64,000 nt of DNA, from contig CM075989.1 in assembly GCA_038087875.1 (NCBI GenBank), positions 930,001 through 994,000 of the forward strand, written 5' to 3'. The first letter of the stretch is position 1. Each line of letters opens with the position of its first letter. The DNA is from Malacoraja senta (Eukaryota). Both the position numbers and the translations under genes were made by a program. This document shows, piece by piece, positions 48,719 through 61,500 of this stretch. The notes under the pieces were generated by a model. It made no database searches, had not been told where the DNA came from, and saw nothing but the letters and a program-made list of their open reading frames with translations.

Positions 48719-49526
48719 CACCTACAGGCCAAAGGACCGACTTCCGCTCAACAATAAAGTCCAGTAACGGACTTGACGTTGCCGGGGGTGGTTGGGACTT
48801 GTCAGCAATTGGTCCAGACCCCCCGGTTAGTTTGCATTTAGGCCTCCCATCCTTTCGGTTAGTAGGCGTTTCGTCTTCGGACTCTTTCGGTTCATTGGCG
48901 TTTCGGCCTCATTTCTATTCGGTTCTTTGGCTTCGGCTTCTTGTCTGTCGGCGCCACGTCCGCACATGACTTGGAATAATGTACTGGCCTGCACTTCATC
49001 TCTTTGTCGCTCAGGCCCGTGAGTCCATGCAACATCCTCCTCATTTCCTCTGCACTCTTTGCACCCTTTCCAGCTTAATGACATCTTTCATATAGCAGAG
49101 TGAACATCCTGCTACAATTGCAACCTCACTTGCATTATTTACATCTGTAACATAATGTCCCAATTTCTGATCTCAGTTCCCTGACTGATGAAGACTGAAA
49201 GCCTTCTACATCACCCCAGATACCTGTTTGACCAATTTCAGGGAACTACGTACTTGTTGTCCTTAATCCCTTTGCTCTACAACACTCTCATGACTCTAGT
49301 GCTCACAACAAGTTTTGACTTACCAACTTGCAACACTTATCTGAATTACAATCCATTAGCCATTCCTCAGCCCATTGACCCAGCTGATCAAAATTCCACT
49401 GTAATTCTTGATAAGCATCTTCACAGCCTTTGTTACAAACATATTTTAGTGTCACCTGAAAACATATTATTCATTCCAATATATTCTTATCCAAGTTGAT
49501 GAGAAAGATGAGAAACTGCAATGATG

Positions 49527-50190
49527 CCAAAGGATACAAAGGATACAAAGGACATTTATTATCACACACACCAATTGGTGGAGTGAAATTTGACTTGCCA
49601 TTGCAGCACACAAATAAAGCTAAGACACAACCTTAAATAATTTAACAATAAACATAAAAACCTCCCCCCACAATGGTTCCCACTGTAAGGGAAGGCACAA
49701 AGTCCAGTCCCCATCCCCTTGTACACCCATAGTTGGGCCTTTTGAGGCCTCCACAGTCGCCGCTACGGCGGCCAGATGTTCCAGGTCGTTCTCGCCGGGT
49801 GATGGTGCTCCGGCTTCGGGAGAACCCTCTCATCGGCTTGGGACACCTGGAACAGCCGCTTCCTTACTGGAGACCGCGTCTTCCGAAGCCAACAGGCATC
49901 ACCCGCTCCGCGATAGCGCTCCAGCGCTGTGCCGCCGCCGAAGCTGTGGTTCTGGCCGGTCCCCTCAGGAAACGCCGCTCCAGACCTGTTGGTAGGCCAT
50001 GAGGATGGGTCGAAGATGCTGGCCGGAGAAAAGCCACCCCCCGACCAGGTAGGGACCAGGAAAAGCAGTTTCCCCCTACCCGCCCCCCACATAAAAAAGA
50101 ATAGACCTCCAAACAAAATACTTTTTAACACACTAAAAATAAAAGAACGAAGTGAAAAGACAGACAGCTGCAGGCTGGGCAGCCATACCC
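49527..50190 (-). mobile_element. Non-autonomous LINE-dependent (SINE-like) element
   Basis: Minus strand begins gtatggctgcccagcctgcagctgtctgtc; GC-rich middle; ends AATAAA plus a (tcctttgta)n tail; similar layout to 59113-59923. Confidence 0.6.
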
Positions 50191-51067
50191 AACTGGACAG
50201 TGCCCCCTAGGCAACAAGAGTGTTTTTACCACAATGCCTGTGGTACAATACCAGTCACAGGCCTCTAGTCTGAAAAAAATATTCTTCCACCACCACACTC
50301 TGCTTCTCACCATGAATGCAACTCTATATCCAGTTAGTTACATTACTTAATCATTTATCCTGGTTCCAATCTATCAACATGATCAATTACCCCAAATTGA
50401 TCAAAGGTAGACAAAAGTGCTGGAGAAACTCAGCGGGTGCGGCAGCATTTATGGAGCGAAGGAAATAGGCAACGTTTCGAGCCGAAACCCTTCTGATCAA
50501 TATAGGTCTCTGTGGAATCCAGAATATACAACTCTCATAAGAATGTCAGAGACTGAGGCAGAGTTCGGCTTCTTTCAGCTTCATCATCCACTGAATTCAT
50601 GAACACATTTCACTATCTGCAAAACCACCCACTTTTGTATCATCTGCAAACTTGCTAGTCTTGCCATGTATGTTCTCATCCAAATCATTGATTGAGGTGA
50701 CAAACAGTAACGGGCCCAGCACCGAACCCTGAGGCACACCACTAGTCCCAGGCCTCCAGTCCAAGAAGCAACCTTCCACCATCACCCTCTGCTTCCTTCC
50801 GTTGCCAATTTTCTATCCATTCAGCTATCTCACCTTGGATCTCGTGCAATCTAACCTTCCTTGTTTTTTTGGATTTGCTGCTCTCTAAGTAGCCTCCTCT
50901 ACATTGATGAGGCCAATCGTAGGCCAGGCCGTTGCTTCATCGAACATCATGAGCTGTCCACCTGGGCCAGCAACACACTCTCCTGCTCCATTCTCCTTCC
51001 CATTCCCATGCATGCTCTCTGTCTCTGACTATCTTTAAATTCCACCCTGTCCTCAAATTCACTTAGA

Positions 51068-52035
51068 TGGACACAAAAGGCACAAAAATAAAACAAAGGG
51101 GATGGAGATCAAAGAAAATATAGAATAGATCATTGTTAATGACGAAAAGGCAGCAACAAAGCAAACAGATAAAATGTAAACAAGGACAGTCAGACTAGTC
51201 AGAGAACAGGAAAGAGGGAGGGATGGAGAGAGAGGGCAAGCAAGGGGTACTTGAAGTTGAAGCAGTCAATAGTCATACTGCTATGTGTAAGCTGCCCAAG
51301 CAAAATATGAGGTGTTGTTCCTCCAATTTGCACAGGGCCACACTCTGACAATGGAGGTGGCCCAGGACATAAAGGTCAATATGGGGATGGGAAGGGGAGT
51401 TAAAGTGTTTACCAACCAGGAAATTAGGTAGGTATAGGCAGACTGAGCGGAGGTGTTCAGCAAAACGATCGCTGAGCCTGCGCTTGGTCTCGCTGATAGA
51501 TAGTCCACAGCTGGAACAGAGGATAAAGTAGATGAGGTTAGGTCTCTGACGGTATCTCTGACAGGTCTCTCTCCACATTATTGATCTCTCCATCACTATC
51601 TCAGTAGAAAGTCTATCCCTGGACATCTGCTACAAACCCAATGACTCCCACAGCTACCTTGATTGTATCTCCTCATTCCCTATCTGTTGCAATATTCCAT
51701 CCTTGTTGTGCAGTTTCTCCATCTCTGCCACATCCTCTAAAGCAGAGACATTTCCACACTGAAGTGTCCTTTACCTCACATTGTAAATGGAGCCCTCAAT
51801 CATGTCCCCTCCATTTCCCACATTTCTGCTCTTGGTCCCGTGTCCCAGACAGAACAGGGATAGAGATCCCCTGGTCGTCCCCTCTCAGGCCACGAGACCT
51901 CACAACATTCATCAATTTCAATTTGATTCCACCGCCAGTTGCATCTTCCCGTCTCCATCTCTTTCTTCTTTCTACAGAGTCACTGGGTCACTCACCCATC
52001 AACACTTGTGCCACCCCCAACACAGGCATTCCCTC
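51068..52035. mobile_element. Decayed Penelope-like pieces (minus-strand GIY-YIG end, then plus-strand RT C-terminal piece)
   Basis: ETKRRLSDRFAEHLRSV..KLEEQHLIFCLGSL; YKP.DSHSYLD-like remnant near 51630-51665. Confidence 0.8.
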
Positions 52036-52041
52036 AGCAAC

Positions 52042-54299
52042 CAGGGCCGGATTTACATATAAGCTAGACAAGCTTAAGCTTATGGACTCGAGATCTACGG
52101 GGGCCTACTCACCTCGCTACCTCACCGGACCCGTTGAACCTCGCTGCCCCACCGTTCATCCGCCCACCGGGACCTCCTACTCTTTGCCTGCTGACCCTGG
52201 CCACTCCACCGCCCTCCAGCAGCCATCACCATCGCCTTACCTGCAGCCTGGCCTGAAGCTTCCACGCTGCAGACTCCCACTCCCCTGGGTTTGACTGCGC
52301 TGGGTCCTAGTGCTAGTCAGCCTTCCCTGGTAATCTCAGTGGCTGTTCCACTGGGTCTTCCCCATTCCCCTCATACCATGTGATCCCAGCTCTTCCCCAC
52401 CCACACTACAGTCCTCATACCCTGACCACCCACCACCCCTCCACCAAACATTGCCGTGGCCTCAGTCCACTCACCTGCCTGCCTCCGGCCCCATCCACCA
52501 TCCCGGCCGTGTGTTCACCATCCCCCCTGACCTCCCCCTCTCAGATACCGAACGGTCTGTCCTCAGCAGAGCCCTCACCCAGGGCCAGCCTTAGGAAGTG
52601 CGGGGCCCAATTGGGAACAATTTTGGTGAGCCCCAGATTCCCAGCCAAGGTCTGTAGATTCATAGAAATATAATTAAAGTCTATTATAGACTTTATATCT
52701 CTATGGTAGAATGTAAAGTAATCAAAATGTGCGCTGAAATAGTGCCTGCGACTTAATGGACCAAATAGATCTAAGCTACATTTTAATATATAATTGCACA
52801 CATGTAAGCCTACAAGTAACAAACAAAATGTGTAGATCACCTCTGAAAAGTACATAGTTACAATATCACTTGTTTTAGTGACTGTGAAATGAAAAAAAAA
52901 AGTAATTTAATTAAATACATCCTGGAAAACCAATAACCGTTGGTGAAAAACCAGTCCAGGCATTAAATTTGGGCTTCAGCCCCATCCTACCCTTTGGGCT
53001 TCTACCCCATCCTAACTGTGTGTTAGTTGTCTGTGCGTGATGTGTGTGTGGGAGGGAAGGAGAGAAGGGAGGGAGAGAGGGTGAGAAGGGAGGGAGGGAG
53101 GGAGGGAGGGAGGGAGGGAGGGAGGGAAGTAGAGAAAGGAGGGAGGGAAGGGGAGAAAGAAGGGATGGAGCAAATGAGAGAAGGGAAAAGAGAGAGGAAG
53201 GAGGGAGGGAAGGAGAGAAGCGAGAGAAGGGAGGGAGAGGGCCGGCGGCAGGAGCAGATGCCGGGGTTGGGGCGGACAGGTGTGAGCTGAGGCCGAGGTT
53301 TGTAAACGTTGCTCCAAACCCTGCCCCCCCGTGTATTGTTCACTGCGTCTCCCTGGGGACAGAGAGGGGTGGAGCCGGGGCCGTGTGCGTGAAGCACGGC
53401 TACTGGAGGGGCGGGAACGCTGCCCCGGGACCGTGAGGGAACGACCCACCTCTCCCTCTCCCCCTTCTCCATTCCCCCTCACACCCCCCTCCCCGTCTAC
53501 CCCTTTCTTCCCAGTCCACCCCTCTACTCTCTCTCCGCCCCTCTCTCCCCCCTCCACACGGGGTACATCTACCCGAGCCGAGAGTATATTACTCTGGCGC
53601 GGGGCCCCCTTATTCGCGGGGCCCAATTGGGAGCAATCGGTCCAATCGGCTTAAGGCTGGCCCTGGCCTCACCTTTGTCCCCCTCCGTCCCCACCTCAAT
53701 GAGTTCTGCGCCCGCTGCGATTTTGAGCTCTTCTTCCGTCGCCTCCGCCTCACACCATTCTTCCATGGGAAGGAGTCCTCGCCCCCATTGATGATCCCTT
53801 TTCCCGTCTCGAATTGACCCCCTCCTCTTGGACCCCCCTCATGGCCATTGGTACAATTTGGGGGGTCACCATCCGACGTCGGAACGGGAGAACGGCTTGG
53901 ACTTCCAAATCGGCCACTTCCTACCGGTGACCGCGGCTCCAAAAGTCCACAGGCTGAGCTGGGTGGAGATTCACGCTGGCGGCCCTCAGCAAAGGGATCC
54001 CAGGGCTCTGCGATGTTGAAATCAGCTCCGCAAACCACAGCTCCATGATGTTGAAGCAGCAGGCCCAACACTACAGAGCTTCAGACAGCAATCCAGGTAA
54101 GGCATTGCCCGCTCCGCGGTGAATCCAATATGTATTTTAAAACCAACTGTTTAATGACAACATACAGTAGGATCTAAATGTGTCACGCTGTCACTGTCGG
54201 GTAGTCATGGTCATCTAGTCGTGGGGGTGGGGGATTGGGAGGGGGGGGGGCTCACAAGTGAAATAGCTTAGGGCCTCTCTTCATCTAAATCCGGCCCTG
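52042..54299. mobile_element. hAT-type non-autonomous element carrying Penelope ORF sequence
   Basis: TIRs CAGGGCCGGATTTA / TAAATCCGGCCCTG; no matching TSD; internal peptide SDTERSVLSRALTFVPLRPHLNEF..ELFFRRLRL once the inner element is removed. Confidence 0.75.
52580..53665. mobile_element. Nested hAT non-autonomous element containing a (GGGA)n tract
   Basis: TIRs CAGGGCCAGCCTTA / TAAGGCTGGCCCTG; 8-bp TSD CCCTCACC/GCCTCACC (one mismatch). Confidence 0.9.
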
Positions 54300-57200
54300 C
54301 AGAGATCGCAGGGTGCCGGTTACAACAGTGGACGCAGGGGCAGACCGACGCGGGGAGTGGGTGGACCCGGTAGTGGTAGGTGCTGGAACAGCTGCAACTG
54401 GTGTTGGTTTATACTTGAGCGGCGGGGCATCAGGACCCTGGGATGCCGGACGCCGTTCCTTCACAGGAAGGAGATGTTGACTGTTTGCCTCTATAGGTGA
54501 CACCATCGACTTCGACCAGGTATGAGCGTGGTTCCTTAGAAGGACCGTGAATGTGTCCCAGTTTGGTATGTCCTTTATCTGTTTGCAGTCATACCACTTG
54601 GCCTTGTTTAAGTGGTTTGCTAATCTTATCATAACGTTTCTGCATGTCTCGATTGAACTGTACATGCTTTTGTATTACGGCAGGGGGGCAGGCCTTTGGT
54701 TGTAGCTGTTTCTGAGAGATAGAGTGGAGGGCGTGTCCGGCGGGACATCAGCCGCTGGGCTGGAGAGCCGAGAATGTTATCTCTTGCAATGTTTTGCAGA
54801 TTCAGCAAGTCCAGGTAGACATCAGATTTAGCCAGATAGACACGCTCCGTGAGTTGCTTTGCGCTCCGAGCAGCATGCTCAGCAAATCCATTGGATTGTG
54901 GGTATCCTGGACTGCTGGTGACGTGCTGGAAGTTCCACTGTTTAGCAAAGTCCTTAAACTTTTGGCTGATGAATTGAGTTCCGTTGTCTGTCTGAAGGCG
55001 AACAGGTTCCTGGAAAAGTGAATTCTCAGCTTTTGAATCACAGTTTCAGAAGTGATTGTTGGTCGGAAGTCAAGCTCAAACCAGTTAGAGTATGAGTCCA
55101 CCAGAACAAGGTAGTGTTTCCAGTGCCATTCGAACATGTCGGCAGCCAGTGATGACCATGGTAGAGAGAGAGCTGGCTGGGATAGGAGTGGCTGCTTTTG
55201 CTGATGGGGTGATTGATTGTTGCAGATTGCACACTATTCTGTTTGTTCACATATGTACTTTGTAATCCCGGGCCAGTAGATCATCTCCTTGGCTCGTTTT
55301 AGTGGCTTCCGAGCCAGGGTGGCCTCCGTGGATTTCTTCATAGTACTTGTTTTGTTGGGTTATGGGAATGACCGCCTTGTGACCCTTGACAATTATTCCG
55401 TCCTGTAACACCAGTTCGTCACAGACCAGGAAGTAGTGTCGTATTTCAAGCGGGGTGCTTGACTGCGTGTTTGCCCACCCGTCTCTAATGATGGAGGACA
55501 GCAGCTGTGAGGTTTAGTCTGCAGCTGTGTGTTCGGCAAGGCGGCGCAGGCGATCGGTGGGCACCAACGAGACCGTCAGGACTGAGAATTTGTCCTGCTC
55601 AAACGGGTGTCGTTCGCTGGTGGTGCGTGGAGCTCTGGAGAGCGGATCTGCAATGTGCATGTCTTTACCTTTTTTGTAGACAATGATGAAATCAAACCGT
55701 TGCAGCTGCATCATCATTCGCTGTAGTTGACCTGGGGCAGCATGGATAGGCTTGCTCAGCATGGTAACTAGTGGCTGGTGGTCGGTCTCGACCCTGAAAG
55801 TTTTGCCGAAGATAAAGTCTTTAAATTTTGAGCAGGCAAAAACCACGGCGAGCAGTTCCTTCTCTATCTGAGCATAGTGTTGCTCAGCTTCAGTCAGGGT
55901 GCGTGATGCATAAGAGATGGGCTTCACGTCGCCATCGAAGGATGTTTGTAGGCATGCTGCGCCTAGCCCATACTGGGATGCATTGCAGGTGATAATGATT
56001 GGCAGGTTGAGATTGAAGTACGCCAGTGTAGTTTTAAAGTCTTGAAAGGCCAGCTGGAGTTTTAAAGTCTTGAAAGCTCTTTGGTGTTGCGGGCACCAAG
56101 ACTATGAACTGGCCTTGTGGGCCAGTTGTCGTAGGGGAGCAGAAAGTTCACTGAGGTTGGGAATGAATTTGCCCAGGTAGTTGACCATGCCGAGGAATCA
56201 TTGTAAGCTGGTGACGTCGGTTGGGACTGGCAGCTCATTGATGGCTGCAGTCTTTAGTGGGTCAGGTTTTAATCCATTGCTGGTGAACACATGACCGACG
56301 TAGGTGACTTCGGAGACCCTGAATTTGCTTTTCAGAGGGTTGAGTTTCAGATTAATGTCTCTGGCACGGTTCAGTATCTTTTTTAGGTTGGCATCATGCT
56401 CAGTCACATCGCAACCATATACTAGGATGTCATCAACAATGATGGCACATGGATATTCTGCGAATAGTTGTTCCATTGTGCGCTGAAAGACATCGCTAGC
56501 AGAGTTGTTGCCGAAGGGCATTCTTAAAAACCAGTAGCGGCCGAATGGTGTGGCAAAAGTTGATGGGGCAGATGATGCTCGGTCCAACGGGATTTGCCAG
56601 AAAGAGCTTTTGGCATCGAGGACTGAGAATACCGTTGCATGACCAATCTGTGTCGCTACATCCTCAGTGGTTCTCATCGGATAGTGTTGGCATTTAATTG
56701 CTGTGTTCAAATCTTTAGGATTGATGCAGATGCGTAATTATTTCTTATCCTTTTTTTGTGGTGACGACCATAGTGGAGACCCAGTCCGAGGGTTCACTGA
56801 CCTCAGCAATGACTCCAATAGAGATCATATGCTTGAGCTTAGTGTGTATTTTCTCCCACATGCCATGAGGGACGCGATGAGGCGCACAAACTATTGGGGT
56901 GACCGTATGATCTACCGTGATCTTGTATATCGTAGGCAATTTGCCAAGTTTGTCATCAAATAAGTCTTTATAGTTGGATAGCATCTGTTGTGTTGGTTCC
57001 TCTGTCAAACAGAGTTTGTGGACAGCACGCCCGAAATCAACCAGACCCAGGTCATGGCACGCATTGATGCCAAGCAAAGTTTCTGAGTTTGGTTTGACAA
57101 TGTAGAAGATTAGGTTTTTTGTCTGCTCGTTAACAGTGCACGTTAAATCGGCTTCACCCAGCGGGTGAAGAACTCCCCCCCCCGTAAGCATGTAGGGTTG

Positions 57201-58483
57201 AGGAGTCCTTTTTCATGAGTTCAGCGGTTCTTATCTTGTTGAACTCTTTGAGTGACATAACGTTTACTCAGCTTTGGCATTCAGAGATTTGTTATTGATT
57301 ATCATGGTCACCGCAGGATCCATCAGTTTGCCTGGGGAGCGCAGGTTTAGGGAGATTACGGTAGAGTCAGTGTTTGTGTTATCAGAATCATTCCCGTGGG
57401 AAACATCGTCTTGTTCTTGGGAATCAGAATCAGGCGGCTCTTGTTGAATTTGGTGCAGATTTGTCCTTGAAACAGTGCTCCCACAGGACCGACAACAATT
57501 AGTAAAGTGGTTGAGTTTCTTGCATTTATGCCATACTTTCCCATGGGCAATGCAGAATTGGCGCCCCCTAGAGTGGAAATAGTTGCAGTTTGGGCATCTC
57601 GTGGCAGGCATATTTGGATCTTTGCAGGACGCATTTCAACATTACTGCAGAGAATAATTAGCTAGATTCACATTATGTTGCTGTTGAGGACTTGCGCTGT
57701 CAAAATCAGCTAGTGGGGCTACAGTTTCTTCCATTCGACATGCATGAATGGCTTGCTCTAAAGTCAGTTCAGCATTCCGCAACAATTCAGCTCTTAACTT
57801 GTGGTCGCTCATTCCTCCCACTATTTTATCTCGCACTAGCTCATTTGTCAACTCACCAAATCAGCATCGAGAGCTGATGTGTCTTAGGTCGCTGATAAAT
57901 CGTTCCACAGGCTCGTCAGCCAGTTGCTGTCGGGCAAAAAATCTTGTTCTCTCAAGTATGCGATTCGATGGCAGGTCACACAATTCTCTAACCTTTCTCA
58001 GCAGGATCGCTGGGTTGTCGATAGTCTCAGCTGGCACCACTACCAGACCGTTCCCGTCTAGGTGTGCTGGTGCAAATTCAAAGGAGTTAGCGTGGATCAT
58101 AGCTTCCGGACCCGCTAGATTCAACAGTAGCGATGCCTTTACGTCATTGGGGTCGTTGCGGTGAACAATGCGGATATAATGAGCAGAGTCTCACTCAAAC
58201 ATTCACAAGCGCTCGGCTATATCAGAATCAAACACGAGCGGGCTTGGCTTTCGACAAGAGTTAGCCATGTCGTCAAAATCATTCACAAATAAAAACTGAT
58301 GAACAAAATAAATTGCGGTAAACAGACGCGGGCTAGACCCAATTATCTGACACCATGTAAATACCTTAGTCTCACACAGGTTGATGCATAAGCATCTTTA
58401 TTGTCTAGTTCATCATCACATATGCAGTACATCACACGTTCAGTCTACTGCAGCTACTGCCAGGCAGCAGGCGGGTTTTTACA
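54300..58483 (-). mobile_element. Decayed Ty3/Gypsy (Mag-like) LTR retrotransposon: 5' LTR about 58356-58483, PBS, gag from 58268, pol; 3' LTR missing
   Basis: ACA|TGGTGTCAGA PBS; gag ERTRFFARQQ..RDKIVGG; RT LDAKSSFWQ, RMPFG, IVDD; RH YASRTLTEAEQHYAQIEKELLAV..TDHQPL; IN YLVLVDSYS. Outer LTR end uncertain. Confidence 0.9.
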
Positions 58484-58534
58484 CTATAAATCATATAATT
58501 AGGTGGAGTTATAATTACTAAGCATTCTGATTCT

Positions 58535-61500
58535 TGGATAGGACAGGTTTGGAGGAATATGGACCAAGCGCAGGCAGGTGAGACTAATGTAGCTGGGACA
58601 TGTTGGCTGGTGTGGGCATGTTGGGAGGAACAGCTTGATTCCACAATGTATCACTCTATGACTCTATGACTAAGAGGATATTTCATCAGGGTGAAATTGG
58701 TCCTTGATTATGTTGGCTGCTTTCTGAGGCAGCATGTAGATGGAGTGGATGGATGGGTGTCTGGTCTGCGTGATGGAATTGGCTCCGTCCACAACTCTCT
58801 GCAATTTCTTGACTTCTTGAGCTGACCTGCTGTCCAACTAAGCTGTGATGCGGCCAGATAGGATACTTCCTGCAACCGTCTAAGTTGGTAAGAGTAATTG
58901 GAGAGGTGCCAATCGTCTTCTGACGAAGTAGAGGATTTAATGTGCTTAACCTTACTTGATGTAAGACTATCAACAAAAGTCATTTTTTGGATGCAGAAAG
59001 TAGTTCGCCAGACAGACTCAGCAGACGATGCAAACATTCTAAAGTGGAATTGATAAATGAATTGAATGGAGCAGAGCGTCGGAGCTTGACATTCCAGAAC
59101 TTGATCAACATATTCAAGTCAAGTCAAGTTGAGTCAAGTTTCCTTTATTGTCATTCAGACCTTTCGGTCTGAACGAAATTGTGTTGCCTGCAGTCATACA
59201 CAGAACCAATAATAACAAAACATAAAATAAACACAAATTAAACATCCACCACAGTGAGTTCACCAAGCACACCCTCATTGTGATGGAGGCAAAGTCTTAG
59301 TCTCTGTCTCTTCCCTCCTTGTTCTCACTCTGCGCTGAGGCGATCGATCCAGGCCGAAGATGCCGCCCTCCAGTCCAGCGGACCTCCGTGGTGATGTCGC
59401 CGCCGCCGAAAGCCGGAACGCCGTCTCCGCTGCGAGACTGCCCGCCACAGCATCAGCTCCGGGTCCCGCAATCTCCGCTCCAGGCCGCTGGACCAGCTCC
59501 GGGTCCCGCAATCTCCGCTCCGGACCCCGCTGGACCAGCTCCAGGTCCCGTAGTCTCCGCTCCGGACCCCGCTGTATCAGCTCCAGGCCGCCGCCGAAAG
59601 CCAGAACACCGCATCAGCAAGTCGGGCCACCGCTGCCTCAGCCCCGAAGACGGCCAGCCTCTCGTTGATAAGTCCTGGCTGGCTCTGCCTCCGTAGCCTC
59701 GGGGTCGGTCGCAGGATGGAGGCCGGCAGCTCCGCCATTAGGCCTCATGGCAGACGGAGGCAGGGAAGGGGGATACGACACGAAAAAGTCGCATTCCCCC
59801 GAAGGAGGAGACAGAGGACATGTTTCTCCCCCCCTAACACAACCCAACAAACTAAAACTTAACAAAACAAGACAAAAAAAACCAACAGAAAAAGTAAAAA
59901 CAGACGGACTGCAGGCGAGCCGCACCGATAGAACAACACTTCCCCATCCTGCAGCATCAGGCATCTCTCACACGGACTGAACAACCTGGTTATCTCCGTT
60001 GCACGGGAAACACTTTTGACATTGTGATTCAGACTTATGAAGATAAGTCTGAAACTGGGAAATGTGAAGTGAAGTCCGCATTTTACCACAATTGCCACCA
60101 GATAGACTAGAAATGGAACCTACTGAATGACAATCCAACTACACAAATCCACTGAGTGTACATCACTTGCGTATCGCGGTTCCTGCACATTAATTAAATC
60201 TTCCAAGTTCCAGATATCTTCAGCTCAATGAAGGTAAAACCAGTATCGATAATCATTGCTCGACAAAGTTGAGTCCAAAACCATTATTTGTTTGCATGTG
60301 GTACTACCACAATCAGATCAGGCGAAAGAGGATGTCTTTATGGACCCACGCAAGAGTCTCTGCATAAACAGTTGAATCCAGCCACCACGACCTCCTTTGC
60401 AAGCTAGTTCCATAGAGCCACCACCATTTGAGCAAAAAAGTTGCCCCTCAGTTCCTATTAAATAATGCCCATCTCACCTTAAACCTGTGTGATTTTGTTT
60501 TTGATTCCCTTACCCTGGGTAAAAAGACTTGGCATCTATTCACCTCATGATTTCAAACACATCTATAAGATTGTCGCTCAACCTCTTGTGCTCCAAGGAA
60601 TAACACCTTCGCTTGCCCAAATTCATCCTGTAGCTCAGGCCCTCAAGTCCTGACAACATTCTCACCAATCTTCTCTTCATTTTTTTTTGCTTAATAACAT
60701 CCTTCCTATAGAATGGTGACCAGAACTGAACACGTGCTCAAAATGTTGCCTCAACAATGCCATGTACAACTATAACATAACGTCCTACTTCTACATTGAA
60801 AATCCTGACTGATGAAGGCTAATGTACTGAAAGTCTTATTTACTACCCGTGGAATTACCTTCCTCGAACTGTGTACCTTTATTCTTGGTTACTTCTGCTT
60901 AACAACACAACCCATGCCCCTACAACTCGCTGACAACGTCCTGTCATGGTGTAACTTCCCAAAATGCAGCACCTCAGAATTATCTGCATTAAACTCCATT
61001 GACCATACCGCAGGCGTCTTGCCCAGCTGATCAGGAGACGGCTCTAGTTTTGAAAACCACCTTCACTATGTATGATACCAACTACTTTAGTGTCATCTGC
61101 AAACTTACTAATCATGATGTGTACATTCTCATCCAAATGACTGATATAAACCACAAACAGCAATGGGCCCAGCACTGATCGACGAGGCGCATCACTTGTC
61201 ACATGTCACACACACAAAAACAACCACCTGCTTCCTTTCATGAAGCTAATTCTATATCCATTTAGCGAGCTCTCCCTGGATCGCACGCAATCTAACTTTA
61301 CTACCATGCCAAACCTTATCAAATACATTGCTGAGCTCCATAGTGACAACGTTACAGCCCTGTCCTTCAGGTTACTTTCTCATAAAACGCAACCAATTAC
61401 ATAAAACGCGAAGTTCCACTTACAAAACGTTGCTGATTATCCCTAATCAGTCCTAGTCTATCGCAGCACATGTATATCTCTTCCCCCCACCCCCAATCCT

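Larger units (their letters stand above)
44001..48968. mobile_element. Non-autonomous DNA transposon with about 160-bp repetitive subterminal inverted repeats and 9-bp TSD (MULE/foldback-like), hosting a CR1 and a solo LTR
   Basis: About 44008-44160 is the reverse complement of about 48824-48961; TSD ACTTGGAAT (43992-44000 and 48969-48977); the flanks rejoin into one CR1 fragment. Confidence 0.85.

Noticed and set aside
53012..53626. 204-aa Pro/Ser/Leu-rich ORF
   Set aside because: Translation of a (GGGA)n low-complexity tract inside a hAT element.
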